Origin: an uncultured Candidatus Saccharibacteria bacterium | GTDB lineage: Bacteria; Patescibacteriota; Dojkabacteria; SC72 | Direction of reading: 5' to 3' | DNA length: 38,523 nt | Assembly (NCBI GenBank): GCA_964502535.1 | Contig: CAZCWY010000001.1 | Coordinates: 1-38,523 of the forward strand | Part shown: piece by piece, positions 8,428 to 17,337 of the stretch | How positions within the stretch are numbered: position 1 is the stretch's first letter | How the letters are laid out: every line of letters begins with the position of its first letter | Made by a program: the position numbers and the translations under genes | The notes under the pieces: model-generated | The model's database searches: none | Seen by the model: the letters and a program-made list of their open reading frames with translations, nothing else | Told to the model about the DNA's origin: nothing

Positions 8428-10638
8428 ATGTCTAGAAAGAAAAAGAAAGAAATTAATATTAAAAGTTCTGAAACCAAAACATTTTTTGGTCTCATTTTCC
8501 TTGTTTTAGGAATTGCATTGATACTTACTCCAATTATCAAGGAAGATGCCCCTGTATTTGTATATATTGCCAATCTATTAGGATGGCCTTCATTAGTATG
8601 GGGACTTGCAGTAATAGCACTTTCAATCAATTTACTAACGCAAGGTAAGCATTTTAGTAAAAAAACTCAGATTTTTGGATTTTTACTCCTTTCAGTCACC
8701 TTAAACACTTTGCTTACATTTTGGATTCCTGCAGAAAACTTGGAAGATAGTGTAACACTTCAAAAAGCAGGAGGAGTTATAGGAAAAATTTTACATATTG
8801 GAATAAACAATACAACTGGAGATATATTAGAGTTAGTAATACTAATAATCCTCTTAATTGTAGCCTTTTCTTTCATTACTGGAGTACAGATTAAACAAAT
8901 AGCGGATGTTTTAAGTCAATTGTTTTCTAAAATTAGTTTTAAGGATTTGCCAGAAAAAATTGGCTCTTCCGTAGAACAGGGCAAATTAGTCATAAGTGGT
9001 GTTGATGACGATATCGAAGATGGTTTTAAAGAGAACAAAAATGAAGATATCCATATTCAAGAGAGTCAGACATCAATAGATACTCCAAACATTTCTTCAA
9101 TGCAACAGACTTCTAGAGTAGGACAAGTAGTAGTTAATGGTGGTGTAAACAATGAAATGGACTCTACTCCATCGAAACCTAGATATTTAAACTGGAAGTA
9201 TCCAATAATTGATAATTTACAAGATCCAATTAAAAACGAACAGCCTAAAGAGGCATACAAAGATGAAGCTAGGGTAATTCTTTCTGTGCTCAAGAGTTTT
9301 AAAATACCTGCTTCCATAGCTGGTGTTGCAGTAGGACCAACCGTAGTAAGATATGCTCTTTCTATACCTCCTGGTGTTGCAGTAAATAGGATTAAAAGAC
9401 AGAGTAATGATATTGAAGTAGCTTTGAAAGTAAACAGAGGGACAATGAGAATTGAAGCTCCAATTCCAGGTACTTCATATATAGGTATTGAAGTTCCGAA
9501 CAAGAATCCAAACTATGTATATATGAAGGAAATGGCAAAGAAACTTCTTTCTGATGCAGATAAATATGAACTTCCGTTAATACTTGGAAGAGATATTGCT
9601 GGGAATCCAGAGATACGAGATTTAGTAAATATGCCTCACCTCTTAGTTGCAGGTATGACGCGAGCAGGAAAATCTATTGGTATTAACTCAATTCTTGGTG
9701 GATTACTCTTAACTAAAACACCAGATGAACTTAAATTGATCTTAGTAGATCCTAAGATGGTTGAAATGGAGGCATACAATGGTATTCCTCATCTTCTTAC
9801 TCCAGTAATCAATGATATGGAATTGGTTGTTAATGCTCTTCAATGGTCAATAACTGAAATGATGAAAAGATATAGATTATTGAAACAGGTATTAGTTAAA
9901 AATATAGTTCAATACAATCAAAAGATGGGATATCCTGCAATGCCATATTTGATAGTAGTTATTGATGAAATGGCAGATTTAATGTTAGTAGCAGGTCCTG
10001 AGATAGAAACAAAAGTTCAAAGAATTGCACAAATGGGAAGGGCAGTTGGTATTCACTTAATACTTGCAACCCAAAAACCAGTTGTTACTGTAATTACAGG
10101 GTTAATAAAATCTAATATCTCTGGAAGAATTGCATATGCAGTTCCATCTGCAATGGACTCAAGAGTAATTCTAGATCAAACAGGTGCAGAAAACCTACTA
10201 GGTAATGGAGACATGCTTTACAAAGATCAAACTATGTCTAAGTCAATAAGAATACAGGGATGCTACATATCCACCGAAGATTCAATGTACATAATAGACC
10301 AAGTTAAATCCCAAACTGTTGAAGAACAAGAAGAAGATAAGGTTGATATTACACAACCAGCAGCAGTGCCAATGGGACCCAATGGGATGTCTCTTGAGAG
10401 AGATCCTGAATTTCCACACGCACTTCAGGTAGTAATTGGAGAGGGAAAAGCTTCTGCTTCTTTACTTCAAAGGAGAATGAGTATTGGATACAACAAGGCA
10501 GCAAGACTCATTGAACAGCTAGAAGTGGCTGGAGCTATTGCTAAGGCAGATGGTGTTAAACCTAGAGAAGTACTAGTTTCCTCAGCGTCAGACATCTTAG
10601 GTCACTCCCCAGATGATGGTATGTTAGAAGATGACTAG
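8428..10638 (+). CDS. ftsK: DNA translocase FtsK/SpoIIIE
   Basis: N-terminal TM segments, Walker A LLVAGMTRAGKS, Walker B IVVIDEMADLM, and a gamma winged-helix LLQRRMSIGYNKAARLIEQLE. The track ORF opens at 8368. I prefer ATG 8428 (MSRKKKKE...) because TATACT 8415-8420 lies 7 nt upstream, matching the window-wide promoter pattern. 8368 remains possible. Confidence 0.9.
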   Translation: MSRKKKKEINIKSSETKTFFGLIFLVLGIALILTPIIKEDAPVFVYIANLLGWPSLVWGLAVIALSINLLTQGKHFSKKTQIFGFLLLSVTLNTLLTFWIPAENLEDSVTLQKAGGVIGKILHIGINNTTGDILELVILIILLIVAFSFITGVQIKQIADVLSQLFSKISFKDLPEKIGSSVEQGKLVISGVDDDIEDGFKENKNEDIHIQESQTSIDTPNISSMQQTSRVGQVVVNGGVNNEMDSTPSKPRYLNWKYPIIDNLQDPIKNEQPKEAYKDEARVILSVLKSFKIPASIAGVAVGPTVVRYALSIPPGVAVNRIKRQSNDIEVALKVNRGTMRIEAPIPGTSYIGIEVPNKNPNYVYMKEMAKKLLSDADKYELPLILGRDIAGNPEIRDLVNMPHLLVAGMTRAGKSIGINSILGGLLLTKTPDELKLILVDPKMVEMEAYNGIPHLLTPVINDMELVVNALQWSITEMMKRYRLLKQVLVKNIVQYNQKMGYPAMPYLIVVIDEMADLMLVAGPEIETKVQRIAQMGRAVGIHLILATQKPVVTVITGLIKSNISGRIAYAVPSAMDSRVILDQTGAENLLGNGDMLYKDQTMSKSIRIQGCYISTEDSMYIIDQVKSQTVEEQEEDKVDITQPAAVPMGPNGMSLERDPEFPHALQVVIGEGKASASLLQRRMSIGYNKAARLIEQLEVAGAIAKADGVKPREVLVSSASDILGHSPDDGMLEDD

Positions 10639-10641
10639 GTC

Positions 10642-10650
10642 TGATATACT
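10642..10650 (+). promoter_or_regulatory. extended -10 element TGATATACT for the rodZ-like gene
   Basis: 8-nt gap to ATG 10659, no SD, within the 20-nt ftsK-rodZ spacer. Confidence 0.5.
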
Positions 10651-10658
10651 CTTCACAA

Positions 10659-11591
10659 ATGACAACTGCAGGAGAGGTAATAAAAAACAAGAGAGAATTT
10701 CTTAAAAAGGACTTAAATAGTGTTAGTGCTGATACAAAAATTCAAAAAAGATATCTTGAATATATTGAAAATAACCAGTTTGATAAGTTTGACTCAAATA
10801 TCTTTGCATGCGGGTTCTTGAAAATATATTCCCAGTACCTAGAACTTGATGTAGAAAAGGTTCTCGCACTATATAGAAGAAGTACTAAAGTAAAACCAAT
10901 ATCTTCAAAAAAACCTAATATCCTAATGAAAAGGGAGCACGTTAAAGTATCTCCTAAATTAATTGGGATAATTACATTATCACTTTTTCTCATATCTGTA
11001 ATAGGATACATAGGATATCAAATATATAAATTTCAGAAACCACCAGTACTAACAGTATCTCAACCAATAGATGAGTATATCTCCAAGGAAGAAAAGGTCT
11101 TAATTAAAGGAAGTACTCAACTATCTACAGTTGTAGAAATTAACGGTGCCAAGATAGATATAAACGACTCTGGAGACTTTGAAAGTGAATATGCCCTTAC
11201 AGAAGGAGTAAACAGTATCTCTATTAACGCATGGAAGGAGTCAAATACAAATCAGAAGTCTACAGTCACATTAAAAGTAATATACCAACCCTTAGAGTTA
11301 ACCGAAACTCCGATAGAAGTAGTAAAAGAATATATAATAGTTGTATCAATATCCCAATCTCCCTCATGGATAAAATTAGATATAGATGGAGAAAATAAAA
11401 TATCACAAGTACTTCAACCTAATACACAGCATGAATATAAGGTAGAAAAGAACTTTACACTAGTTACCGGAAGAGTCCAAAATACTACAGTTACCGCTAA
11501 TAACGAAGCCCTTACAATCACCTCCTCTTCTCAAAGTGGTATAGGTCAACTGATATGCAATATTGTAGATAATGAACTAAAGTGCGAATAG
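10659..11591 (+). CDS. RodZ-like cytoskeleton/shape protein (HTH, TM, Ig-like and DUF4115-like regions)
   Basis: N-terminal XRE-type HTH (TKIQKRYLEYIENNQFDKF), one TM (LIGIITLSLFLISVIGYIGY), and a C-terminal segment SWIKLDIDGENKI...TLVTGRVQNTTVTANNEAL typical of the RodZ C-domain. Family call is from motif memory. Confidence 0.6.
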   Translation: MTTAGEVIKNKREFLKKDLNSVSADTKIQKRYLEYIENNQFDKFDSNIFACGFLKIYSQYLELDVEKVLALYRRSTKVKPISSKKPNILMKREHVKVSPKLIGIITLSLFLISVIGYIGYQIYKFQKPPVLTVSQPIDEYISKEEKVLIKGSTQLSTVVEINGAKIDINDSGDFESEYALTEGVNSISINAWKESNTNQKSTVTLKVIYQPLELTETPIEVVKEYIIVVSISQSPSWIKLDIDGENKISQVLQPNTQHEYKVEKNFTLVTGRVQNTTVTANNEALTITSSSQSGIGQLICNIVDNELKCE

Positions 11592-11602
11592 TTGAAAGAA
11601 AT

Positions 11603-11611
11603 TGGTATAAT
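11603..11611 (+). promoter_or_regulatory. extended -10 element TGGTATAAT for dnaG
   Basis: TATAAT 11606-11611, ATG 11617 (5-nt gap), no SD. Confidence 0.6.
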
Positions 11612-11616
11612 TAGTT

Positions 11617-13341
11617 ATGGATTCCTCAAGAGATCAAATCGAAGAGATAAAAAATAGGCTAGATATTGTAGATGTGGTAGGTAAGTATGTACAGTTAAAA
11701 AATACAGGAAAGAACTTTTCTGGTCTGTGCCCCTTTCATGTTGAGAAGACTCCTTCCTTTGTTGTTAGTCCAGAACTTCAAAGATATAAATGCTTTGGAT
11801 GTGGTGAATCTGGAGATATATTCAACTTTGTTCAAAAGATTGAAAACATCGATTTTGTTGAAACTTTAGAAAAATTAGCAAAAGAAGCTGGTGTAACCCT
11901 TGTTAAACAAAAAACAAATACACAATTTCAAAGACTTGAGGAGGTAAATAATAAAGCAGCAATATATTTTTTTAAACAGTTAAAAGATAAGAAAAACTCA
12001 GTTGTATTAGAATATGTTCATAAAAGAGGAATAACTGACGATAGTATTAAGAAATTTGGTGTTGGTTATGCCCCGGGTGGATTTGGTTTACTTGAATATA
12101 TTCAAAGTAAGGAGAAATACTCTAAAGCAGAGTTAATTCAATCAGGACTCTTTGTTGAAAAAGAGGGAAAATTAAAAGGGAAGTTCTTTAAGAGAGTAAT
12201 GTTTCCTATTAGATCAAGTTCAGGAAAGGTAATTGCTTTTACAGGGAGAGTATTACCAGGTAACGATTTTGGCCCTAAATATATGAATTCTCCTGAAACA
12301 CCTATATATCATAAAAGTGATAATTTATATGGGCAGTATGAATCAAGACAACAAGCAAGAAAAAAGGATTTTATAATCCTTTGCGAAGGTACAACTGATG
12401 TTATATCCGCACATCAAATAGGGGTTGAAAATATAGTAGCACCACTTGGAACGGCTTTAACAAAGGAGCAGTTAGAGAAAATATCTAAGTTAACTAAAAA
12501 TGCTCTATTTCTATTTGATAGTGACATTGCAGGACAAAAAGCAGTAGAGAAGGCCTTTATATTATCCCAAGATCTTTCCCTAAATACATATGCTACAAAT
12601 ACCTCTCCTTACAAAGATATTGATGAAATGATAAAAAGTAAACCTAAGGAATTTAAACTGTTAGTTGAAAAAAGAGTGGATGCGTATACTTACCTACTGA
12701 CTGAGTATATTAAAAACAAAAATCTAAATAAATTTGAAGATTATCGTCGGATTGTTTCATGGATGGAGTCGACCCTCTCACATGTAAAAAATCGTTCCAA
12801 TTTTTTATTCTATGTGAAATCGTCACATAATATAACGAAAATAGAGCCATTCAAAAGTGGCGCAAATAAAGCGTTTGTGAAAGATGACAAATTTTGTCAA
12901 AAAAATGCACTCAAAAGGGCTAGTAATGACGCCATCTTTTTTCAGTCTTTACTTTTTCAACCAAATTTTAAAGTCTTAAAAAATTTTGAGCTAAAATATT
13001 TTGATGATGAAAAAATTTTGGAAGTTTTGTCTTTTGTTTCACGAAACCCAGGTTTCTCGAGGGAAGATTTGCTTATCAAATACAAAGAAGATCCCGTAAT
13101 TAAGCCCTTAATTGAAGATAGTATCTTCTCTTTTTCTAAAGGAGAGAGTAATATTGAAGAATTAGATAATATATATGATAGTATTGTAAGAGGGTATTTT
13201 AATAGAAAAGAAGAGGATTTTCGAATACAAATAGCTTCTGCTGAGCAATCAGGAAATATTAAACAGAGCGTAAAACTATTTAAAGAGTTTCAAGATTTAA
13301 TAAAAGAAAAACAAAATTATGAAAAAAATAGCAGATTATGA
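11617..13341 (+). CDS. dnaG: DNA primase
   Basis: CHC2 zinc finger CPFHVEKTPSFVVSPELQRYKCFGCGESGD, RNA-polymerase core, TOPRIM ILCEGTTDVISAHQ...FLFDSDIAGQKA. Confidence 0.95.
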   Translation: MDSSRDQIEEIKNRLDIVDVVGKYVQLKNTGKNFSGLCPFHVEKTPSFVVSPELQRYKCFGCGESGDIFNFVQKIENIDFVETLEKLAKEAGVTLVKQKTNTQFQRLEEVNNKAAIYFFKQLKDKKNSVVLEYVHKRGITDDSIKKFGVGYAPGGFGLLEYIQSKEKYSKAELIQSGLFVEKEGKLKGKFFKRVMFPIRSSSGKVIAFTGRVLPGNDFGPKYMNSPETPIYHKSDNLYGQYESRQQARKKDFIILCEGTTDVISAHQIGVENIVAPLGTALTKEQLEKISKLTKNALFLFDSDIAGQKAVEKAFILSQDLSLNTYATNTSPYKDIDEMIKSKPKEFKLLVEKRVDAYTYLLTEYIKNKNLNKFEDYRRIVSWMESTLSHVKNRSNFLFYVKSSHNITKIEPFKSGANKAFVKDDKFCQKNALKRASNDAIFFQSLLFQPNFKVLKNFELKYFDDEKILEVLSFVSRNPGFSREDLLIKYKEDPVIKPLIEDSIFSFSKGESNIEELDNIYDSIVRGYFNRKEEDFRIQIASAEQSGNIKQSVKLFKEFQDLIKEKQNYEKNSRL

Positions 13342-14245
13342 TACTTACGACTATGATTACAGTACATACTGGGGTAAAAGAGAGTATGAGCATCTAGCTG
13401 AAGAACTCGTACTTAAGAGAATATTTAGAGGTTTGAAAGGAAAGTGGTTTTTGGATATTGGTGGTTCTTTTGGAAGATTAACAGATACATATTCTAATGA
13501 ATATACAAACCCAATAATTGTTGATTACTCACTAAAAACATTACAAAAGAACTATAAAATATTAAAAAATAGATTTCCAAAGATAGAACTAATTGCTGCA
13601 AATGCATATAACTTGCCCTTTAAGGGAAATACTTTTGATGGTGCATTAATGGTAAGAGTTCTTCATCATATTGAAAAACCTAAAGATTGTATTACCGAAA
13701 TATTTAGGACTCTTTCTCCGAATGCAGTATATATCCAAGAATTTGCAAACAAAATTCATATTAAAGCTTTAATTAGAGCTGTATTAAAGTTAGATTTTAA
13801 TATATTTAATACTCAACCATATCAACAACCTGATAAACACCATTATGAAGGTACTACAAAAGGTTCAAAGGTTCTTTTTTTAAACTACCACCCTAAATAT
13901 ATATCTCAATTGTTTTCTAAGATTGGTTTAAAAATTAATAAAAAGTATGGTTGCTCTTTTTTAAGAAGTGCTCTGCTTAAGAGAAAATTTAAAACAGAAA
14001 CACTCCTTTCAATTGAAACTTTCTTACAAAAATACCTCTCATGGAGCAACTTTTCTCCAAGTATATTTTTACAATCTATAGCTATTAAAAATGTCCCAGA
14101 GAAAAAAGTATCTGAAAGTATCTTAGATATTCTAATTTGTCCTGAGTGTAAGGGAGAGTTATCAATTAATGGAAATACAGCAAAGTGTGTTAAATGTAGT
14201 AAAGAGTATTTTAAAAAAGAGAATATTTGGGATTTTAGAGTATAA
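13319..14245 (+). CDS. class I SAM-dependent methyltransferase with C-terminal Trm112-like zinc ribbon
   Basis: Motif I FLDIGGSFGRL, a Methyltransf_11-like core (FDGALMVRVLHHI), and a C-terminal CPECKGEL...CVKCSKEY ribbon. Overlaps the dnaG 3' end by 23 nt. Substrate unknown. Confidence 0.75.
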   Translation: MKKIADYDTYDYDYSTYWGKREYEHLAEELVLKRIFRGLKGKWFLDIGGSFGRLTDTYSNEYTNPIIVDYSLKTLQKNYKILKNRFPKIELIAANAYNLPFKGNTFDGALMVRVLHHIEKPKDCITEIFRTLSPNAVYIQEFANKIHIKALIRAVLKLDFNIFNTQPYQQPDKHHYEGTTKGSKVLFLNYHPKYISQLFSKIGLKINKKYGCSFLRSALLKRKFKTETLLSIETFLQKYLSWSNFSPSIFLQSIAIKNVPEKKVSESILDILICPECKGELSINGNTAKCVKCSKEYFKKENIWDFRV

Positions 14246-14974
14246 ATGAAAGCAAAAAGATCGTTAGGACAAAACTTTTTCGTTAACAAAAATCTCGGAG
14301 AATATATATTAAAAATCGTAAATAGCAGTGAATGCCGAAATGTTGTTGAAATAGGGCCAGGAACAGGTTTTTTTACAAAGTATTTAGTAGATTTTTTTCA
14401 AAATGTAACTGTAATAGAGAAAGATACTACACTTGCACAAAACCTTCGTACTCAATATCCAAAAGTAAATGTTATAAATGATGACTTCTTAAATATTTCT
14501 TTAGATGAAATATTAATAAATGACACTATTTTTTTTGGATCTTTACCTTTTAATGTTTCCAAACCAATAATTAGAAAGATTATTGAAAGCAACCTATTTA
14601 AACATCCGTCTTTTTTTATAGTGCAAAAAGAGGTAGCACAGAAATATGTATACAAACAACCTTACTCCTCTCTTTCTTTAACAACAGCACTTTATGCGAA
14701 TACAAAGCATATCTTAGATATCTCTCCTGAATCATTTAGACCTAAACCCAATGTAACAAGTACATTAATATCTTTTACTCCAAGTAATAGAGATATTAAA
14801 GATATTAAGAGTATTGAAGAATTAATTAATCTTTCTTTTAGACAACCAAGAAAGAATTTGAAGAATAATCTCAAGAATACAAGATTTTTAAAAGGCATTG
14901 ATAATTATCAATTATTAAGACCAGCTCAGCTTTCCCTTGAAGACTTTCTTAACATTTATGAATATTCTCTTTAG
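14246..14974 (+). CDS. rsmA: 16S rRNA (adenine1518/1519-N6)-dimethyltransferase
   Basis: KRSLGQNFFVNKNL and VVEIGPGTGFFTKYL (SAM motif), with KsgA/RsmA length and layout. The ATG directly abuts the upstream TAA. Confidence 0.9.
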   Translation: MKAKRSLGQNFFVNKNLGEYILKIVNSSECRNVVEIGPGTGFFTKYLVDFFQNVTVIEKDTTLAQNLRTQYPKVNVINDDFLNISLDEILINDTIFFGSLPFNVSKPIIRKIIESNLFKHPSFFIVQKEVAQKYVYKQPYSSLSLTTALYANTKHILDISPESFRPKPNVTSTLISFTPSNRDIKDIKSIEELINLSFRQPRKNLKNNLKNTRFLKGIDNYQLLRPAQLSLEDFLNIYEYSL

Positions 14975-14979
14975 TCTTT

Positions 14980-14988
14980 TGGTATAAT
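14980..14988 (+). promoter_or_regulatory. extended -10 element TGGTATAAT for the envelope cluster
   Basis: TATAAT 14983-14988, ATG 14995 (6-nt gap), no SD. Confidence 0.6.
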
Positions 14989-14994
14989 TGTGCA

Positions 14995-15441
14995 ATGGAT
15001 AAGAAAAAGAAAGAGAAACAGTTAGAATTTGGTCTTAAAAACACCCCGAAGAATGTATATTATAAATACAAAGAACAGTATGAAATCTGGTTAGCAGGGC
15101 TTGAAACAAAAAAATATATTAAAGATCCTTTAACCTGGTTTACAATTATACTTTCTACAACTCTTATTGCTACTCAGATATACTTAATTGAAAGGGAGGT
15201 AAGAATACCTTCTAAACTTCCAATATTTAGTTATTTTCTAAATCCAAGCAAAAGACTTATTCCTGATGAATATATATATTTTATACCTATTTTCTGTGCC
15301 ATATTATTAGTCATAACAATTATATTAACCAATAGGTACTATCATCGAGAAAGAGAGCTATCTAGTGTTCTATCCATTGTTACACTTCTTGCAAATATAT
15401 CTATTTGTGTAGTATTTATAAAATTATTTTTAATTTTTTAA
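14995..15441 (+). CDS. hypothetical small membrane protein (about 3 TM)
   Basis: Lys-rich N-terminus followed by hydrophobic segments (WFTIILSTTLIATQIYLI, IYFIPIFCAILLVITIIL, VLSIVTLLANISICVVFIKLFLIF). TGGTATAAT lies 6 nt upstream of the ATG. No family recognised. Confidence 0.6.
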   Translation: MDKKKKEKQLEFGLKNTPKNVYYKYKEQYEIWLAGLETKKYIKDPLTWFTIILSTTLIATQIYLIEREVRIPSKLPIFSYFLNPSKRLIPDEYIYFIPIFCAILLVITIILTNRYYHRERELSSVLSIVTLLANISICVVFIKLFLIF

Positions 15442-15443
15442 TC

Positions 15444-16652
15444 ATGGATTTTTCTATAGCGAACAGTATTTTGGAAAAGATTTTAAAGATAGGGAATGTC
15501 GATGTATTTACTCAATATAATAAATATCTAAACTACTGGCCAATACTACTCTTTGGCTTTGTATCTGCATTTTTACTAACTCCATTTATTGGGAAATTAG
15601 CTATTAAATGGGGGGCAACATATAAACCCAAAAGTAGAAGAAAAGATAAAGAGTATGATAATCCACAAAAGGCTATACATCAGCAAGAAACCCCCGCCCT
15701 TGGTGGATTAGCTGTAACAATACCACTTCTTCTAGGATTAATCCTTTTCTTTAGAATTGATTCTTTTATCTTACCAATCTTAATTGGTTTACTTGTCTTA
15801 GTAGTTGGTTCTGTACTTGATGATATCTTTAATCTCTCTTCCAAAGTTCAGATGCTTTATCAGGTCTTGGCAGCAGCAATTATTGCTTTTTCAGTAATAG
15901 ATCTGTCTAGTATTAGTATATTTTCTAGCGATCTATTAGACTTACAAAGCTCTTCTTTGAGTACAAATATCTTTTCTTTGCCAATATCTTTTATATTTCC
16001 AGGAGATCTATTGTTAATGATATGGATTTTGCTATGTATTAACTCCGTAAAATGGGTAGGAGGACTTCCAGGATTAGTAGAATCCTATACCATGATAATA
16101 ATCTTGCTAATCTTTATTATTGGTATCAGAACTTTCTCCCTATTTTCAAGCACTGTCTCTATATTAATTGCGGGATCTTTAATCTCCTTGATATTCTTTG
16201 CCTTCCCTCCTCCAAAAATAATGTCTGGTTCTAGTGGGAAATCAATATATGGCTTCCTTATTAGTATATTAGCAATAATTAGTGGTGCGAAATTCTCAAC
16301 AACCCTAATGTTACTTGCACTCCCTATTGTAGATGCAATCTATGTTGTTGTTTATAGATATATTACATATAAACCAAAGAATCCTCTCGATTTAATGAAA
16401 ATAAATGATACCTCCCATCTTCATCACCAACTATTTAAATTAGGATTTACTAATGTTCAAGTATTACTAATAGAAACATCAATATCTTTACTCTTAGGCT
16501 CCTTTGCAATACTTTCAACGGGTGCATTAAGATACTTTGCCTTAATATTTGGAATTGCCTCTGTAATTATCTTTGTCGTATATATAAATTACAGAGCAAA
16601 ACAGAAGGTAGAAAAGAATGAAGATTCTCCCGAATCTAAGTATTCATATTAA
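15444..16652 (+). CDS. polyprenyl-phosphate N-acetylhexosamine-1-phosphate transferase (MraY/WecA, GT4) family paralog with atypical motifs
   Basis: About 10 TM, LDDIFNLSSK (DDxxxLxxxxK), a NSVKWVGGLPGL segment where NxxNxxDGxDGL is expected, IMSGSSGK where FMGDxGS is expected, and DTSHLHHQL (HxHH). ATG 15444 is preferred over the track start 15405, which overlaps the previous gene. Confidence 0.75.
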   Translation: MDFSIANSILEKILKIGNVDVFTQYNKYLNYWPILLFGFVSAFLLTPFIGKLAIKWGATYKPKSRRKDKEYDNPQKAIHQQETPALGGLAVTIPLLLGLILFFRIDSFILPILIGLLVLVVGSVLDDIFNLSSKVQMLYQVLAAAIIAFSVIDLSSISIFSSDLLDLQSSSLSTNIFSLPISFIFPGDLLLMIWILLCINSVKWVGGLPGLVESYTMIIILLIFIIGIRTFSLFSSTVSILIAGSLISLIFFAFPPPKIMSGSSGKSIYGFLISILAIISGAKFSTTLMLLALPIVDAIYVVVYRYITYKPKNPLDLMKINDTSHLHHQLFKLGFTNVQVLLIETSISLLLGSFAILSTGALRYFALIFGIASVIIFVVYINYRAKQKVEKNEDSPESKYSY

Positions 16653-16693
16653 TTAATAGACAAATCATACTAGCTTCAATATAATTAAGAAGT

Positions 16694-17332
16694 ATGAAAA
16701 AGTCTAAAACTGCCATAATAATTACACTCTTAATAATATTTTTTTCTGTTCTATTTTTCTTTTTCCCTCTAAATGAAATAGCCAAAAACCTCCCTATTGC
16801 AAGGATTTTCTATCGTAATACCATATTAGAAATAATCTCTCCTAATGGAAAAGCAAATATAAAGATTGATGGAAAAGAATATGGAAATACGCCTACTAAT
16901 ATTACGAATCTTGTTGCTGGAGAGTATCAAATTGAAATGATTAGAGAATCTTCCTCAAATAATTATTATAAAACTCACATTTTTAATATTGAATTAACAA
17001 AAAATTCTACTTCAAGAATAAATATAGAAATTGGTCCTGGTGATAATTTGCACGGATTCTTACTCTATTACTCACAAGATAATACTTCAGGAGAAAACAG
17101 TGGGAAATTAACATTAACTTCTAACATACAAAGAGCGAAAGTATTCATTGATGACGAATATATTAATGTCACACCAATAACTAACCATGTGCTTAATAAA
17201 GGAGAGTATACTATTAAGATGGAAAAGGAGGGATACGAGAGTTTAGAATTCCCTATTGTAATTAGTGGAGGACATATATTAAATGTGAAAGGGTATCAAT
17301 TACCTATTCCAGTAAGTTTTGATAATAACTAA
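16694..17332 (+). CDS. PEGA domain-containing membrane-anchored protein
   Basis: N-terminal signal anchor (AIIITLLIIFFSVLFFFF) and two PEGA-like repeats (IKIDGKEYGNTPTNITNLVAGEYQIEM; VFIDDEYINVTPITNHVLNKGEYTIKMEKEGYES). Confidence 0.75.
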   Translation: MKKSKTAIIITLLIIFFSVLFFFFPLNEIAKNLPIARIFYRNTILEIISPNGKANIKIDGKEYGNTPTNITNLVAGEYQIEMIRESSSNNYYKTHIFNIELTKNSTSRINIEIGPGDNLHGFLLYYSQDNTSGENSGKLTLTSNIQRAKVFIDDEYINVTPITNHVLNKGEYTIKMEKEGYESLEFPIVISGGHILNVKGYQLPIPVSFDNN

Positions 17333-17337
17333 AAGTA

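Noticed and set aside
12745-12935. CpG-rich, atypical-codon patch inside dnaG (CGT/CGG Arg, TCG Ser, GCG Ala, ACG Thr; small palindromes ATGTGA-aatcg-TCACAT and GACAAA-t-TTTGTC)
   Set aside because: It lies in the poorly conserved linker/C-terminal part of primase, and the frame is continuous with no alternative ORF. Similar small CG-containing patches occur elsewhere (e.g. ~18100-18140). I cannot show statistical significance without a sliding-window codon or k-mer computation.
15405-15443. Upstream extensions and TTG/GTG starts in the ORF track (15405, 27392, 29121, 30371, 38505)
   Set aside because: These starts overlap the preceding gene or fall inside the -10 box. In each case an ATG a few codons downstream has the expected promoter or SD spacing. 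38505 is not a start at all, because the frame is open to the window edge.
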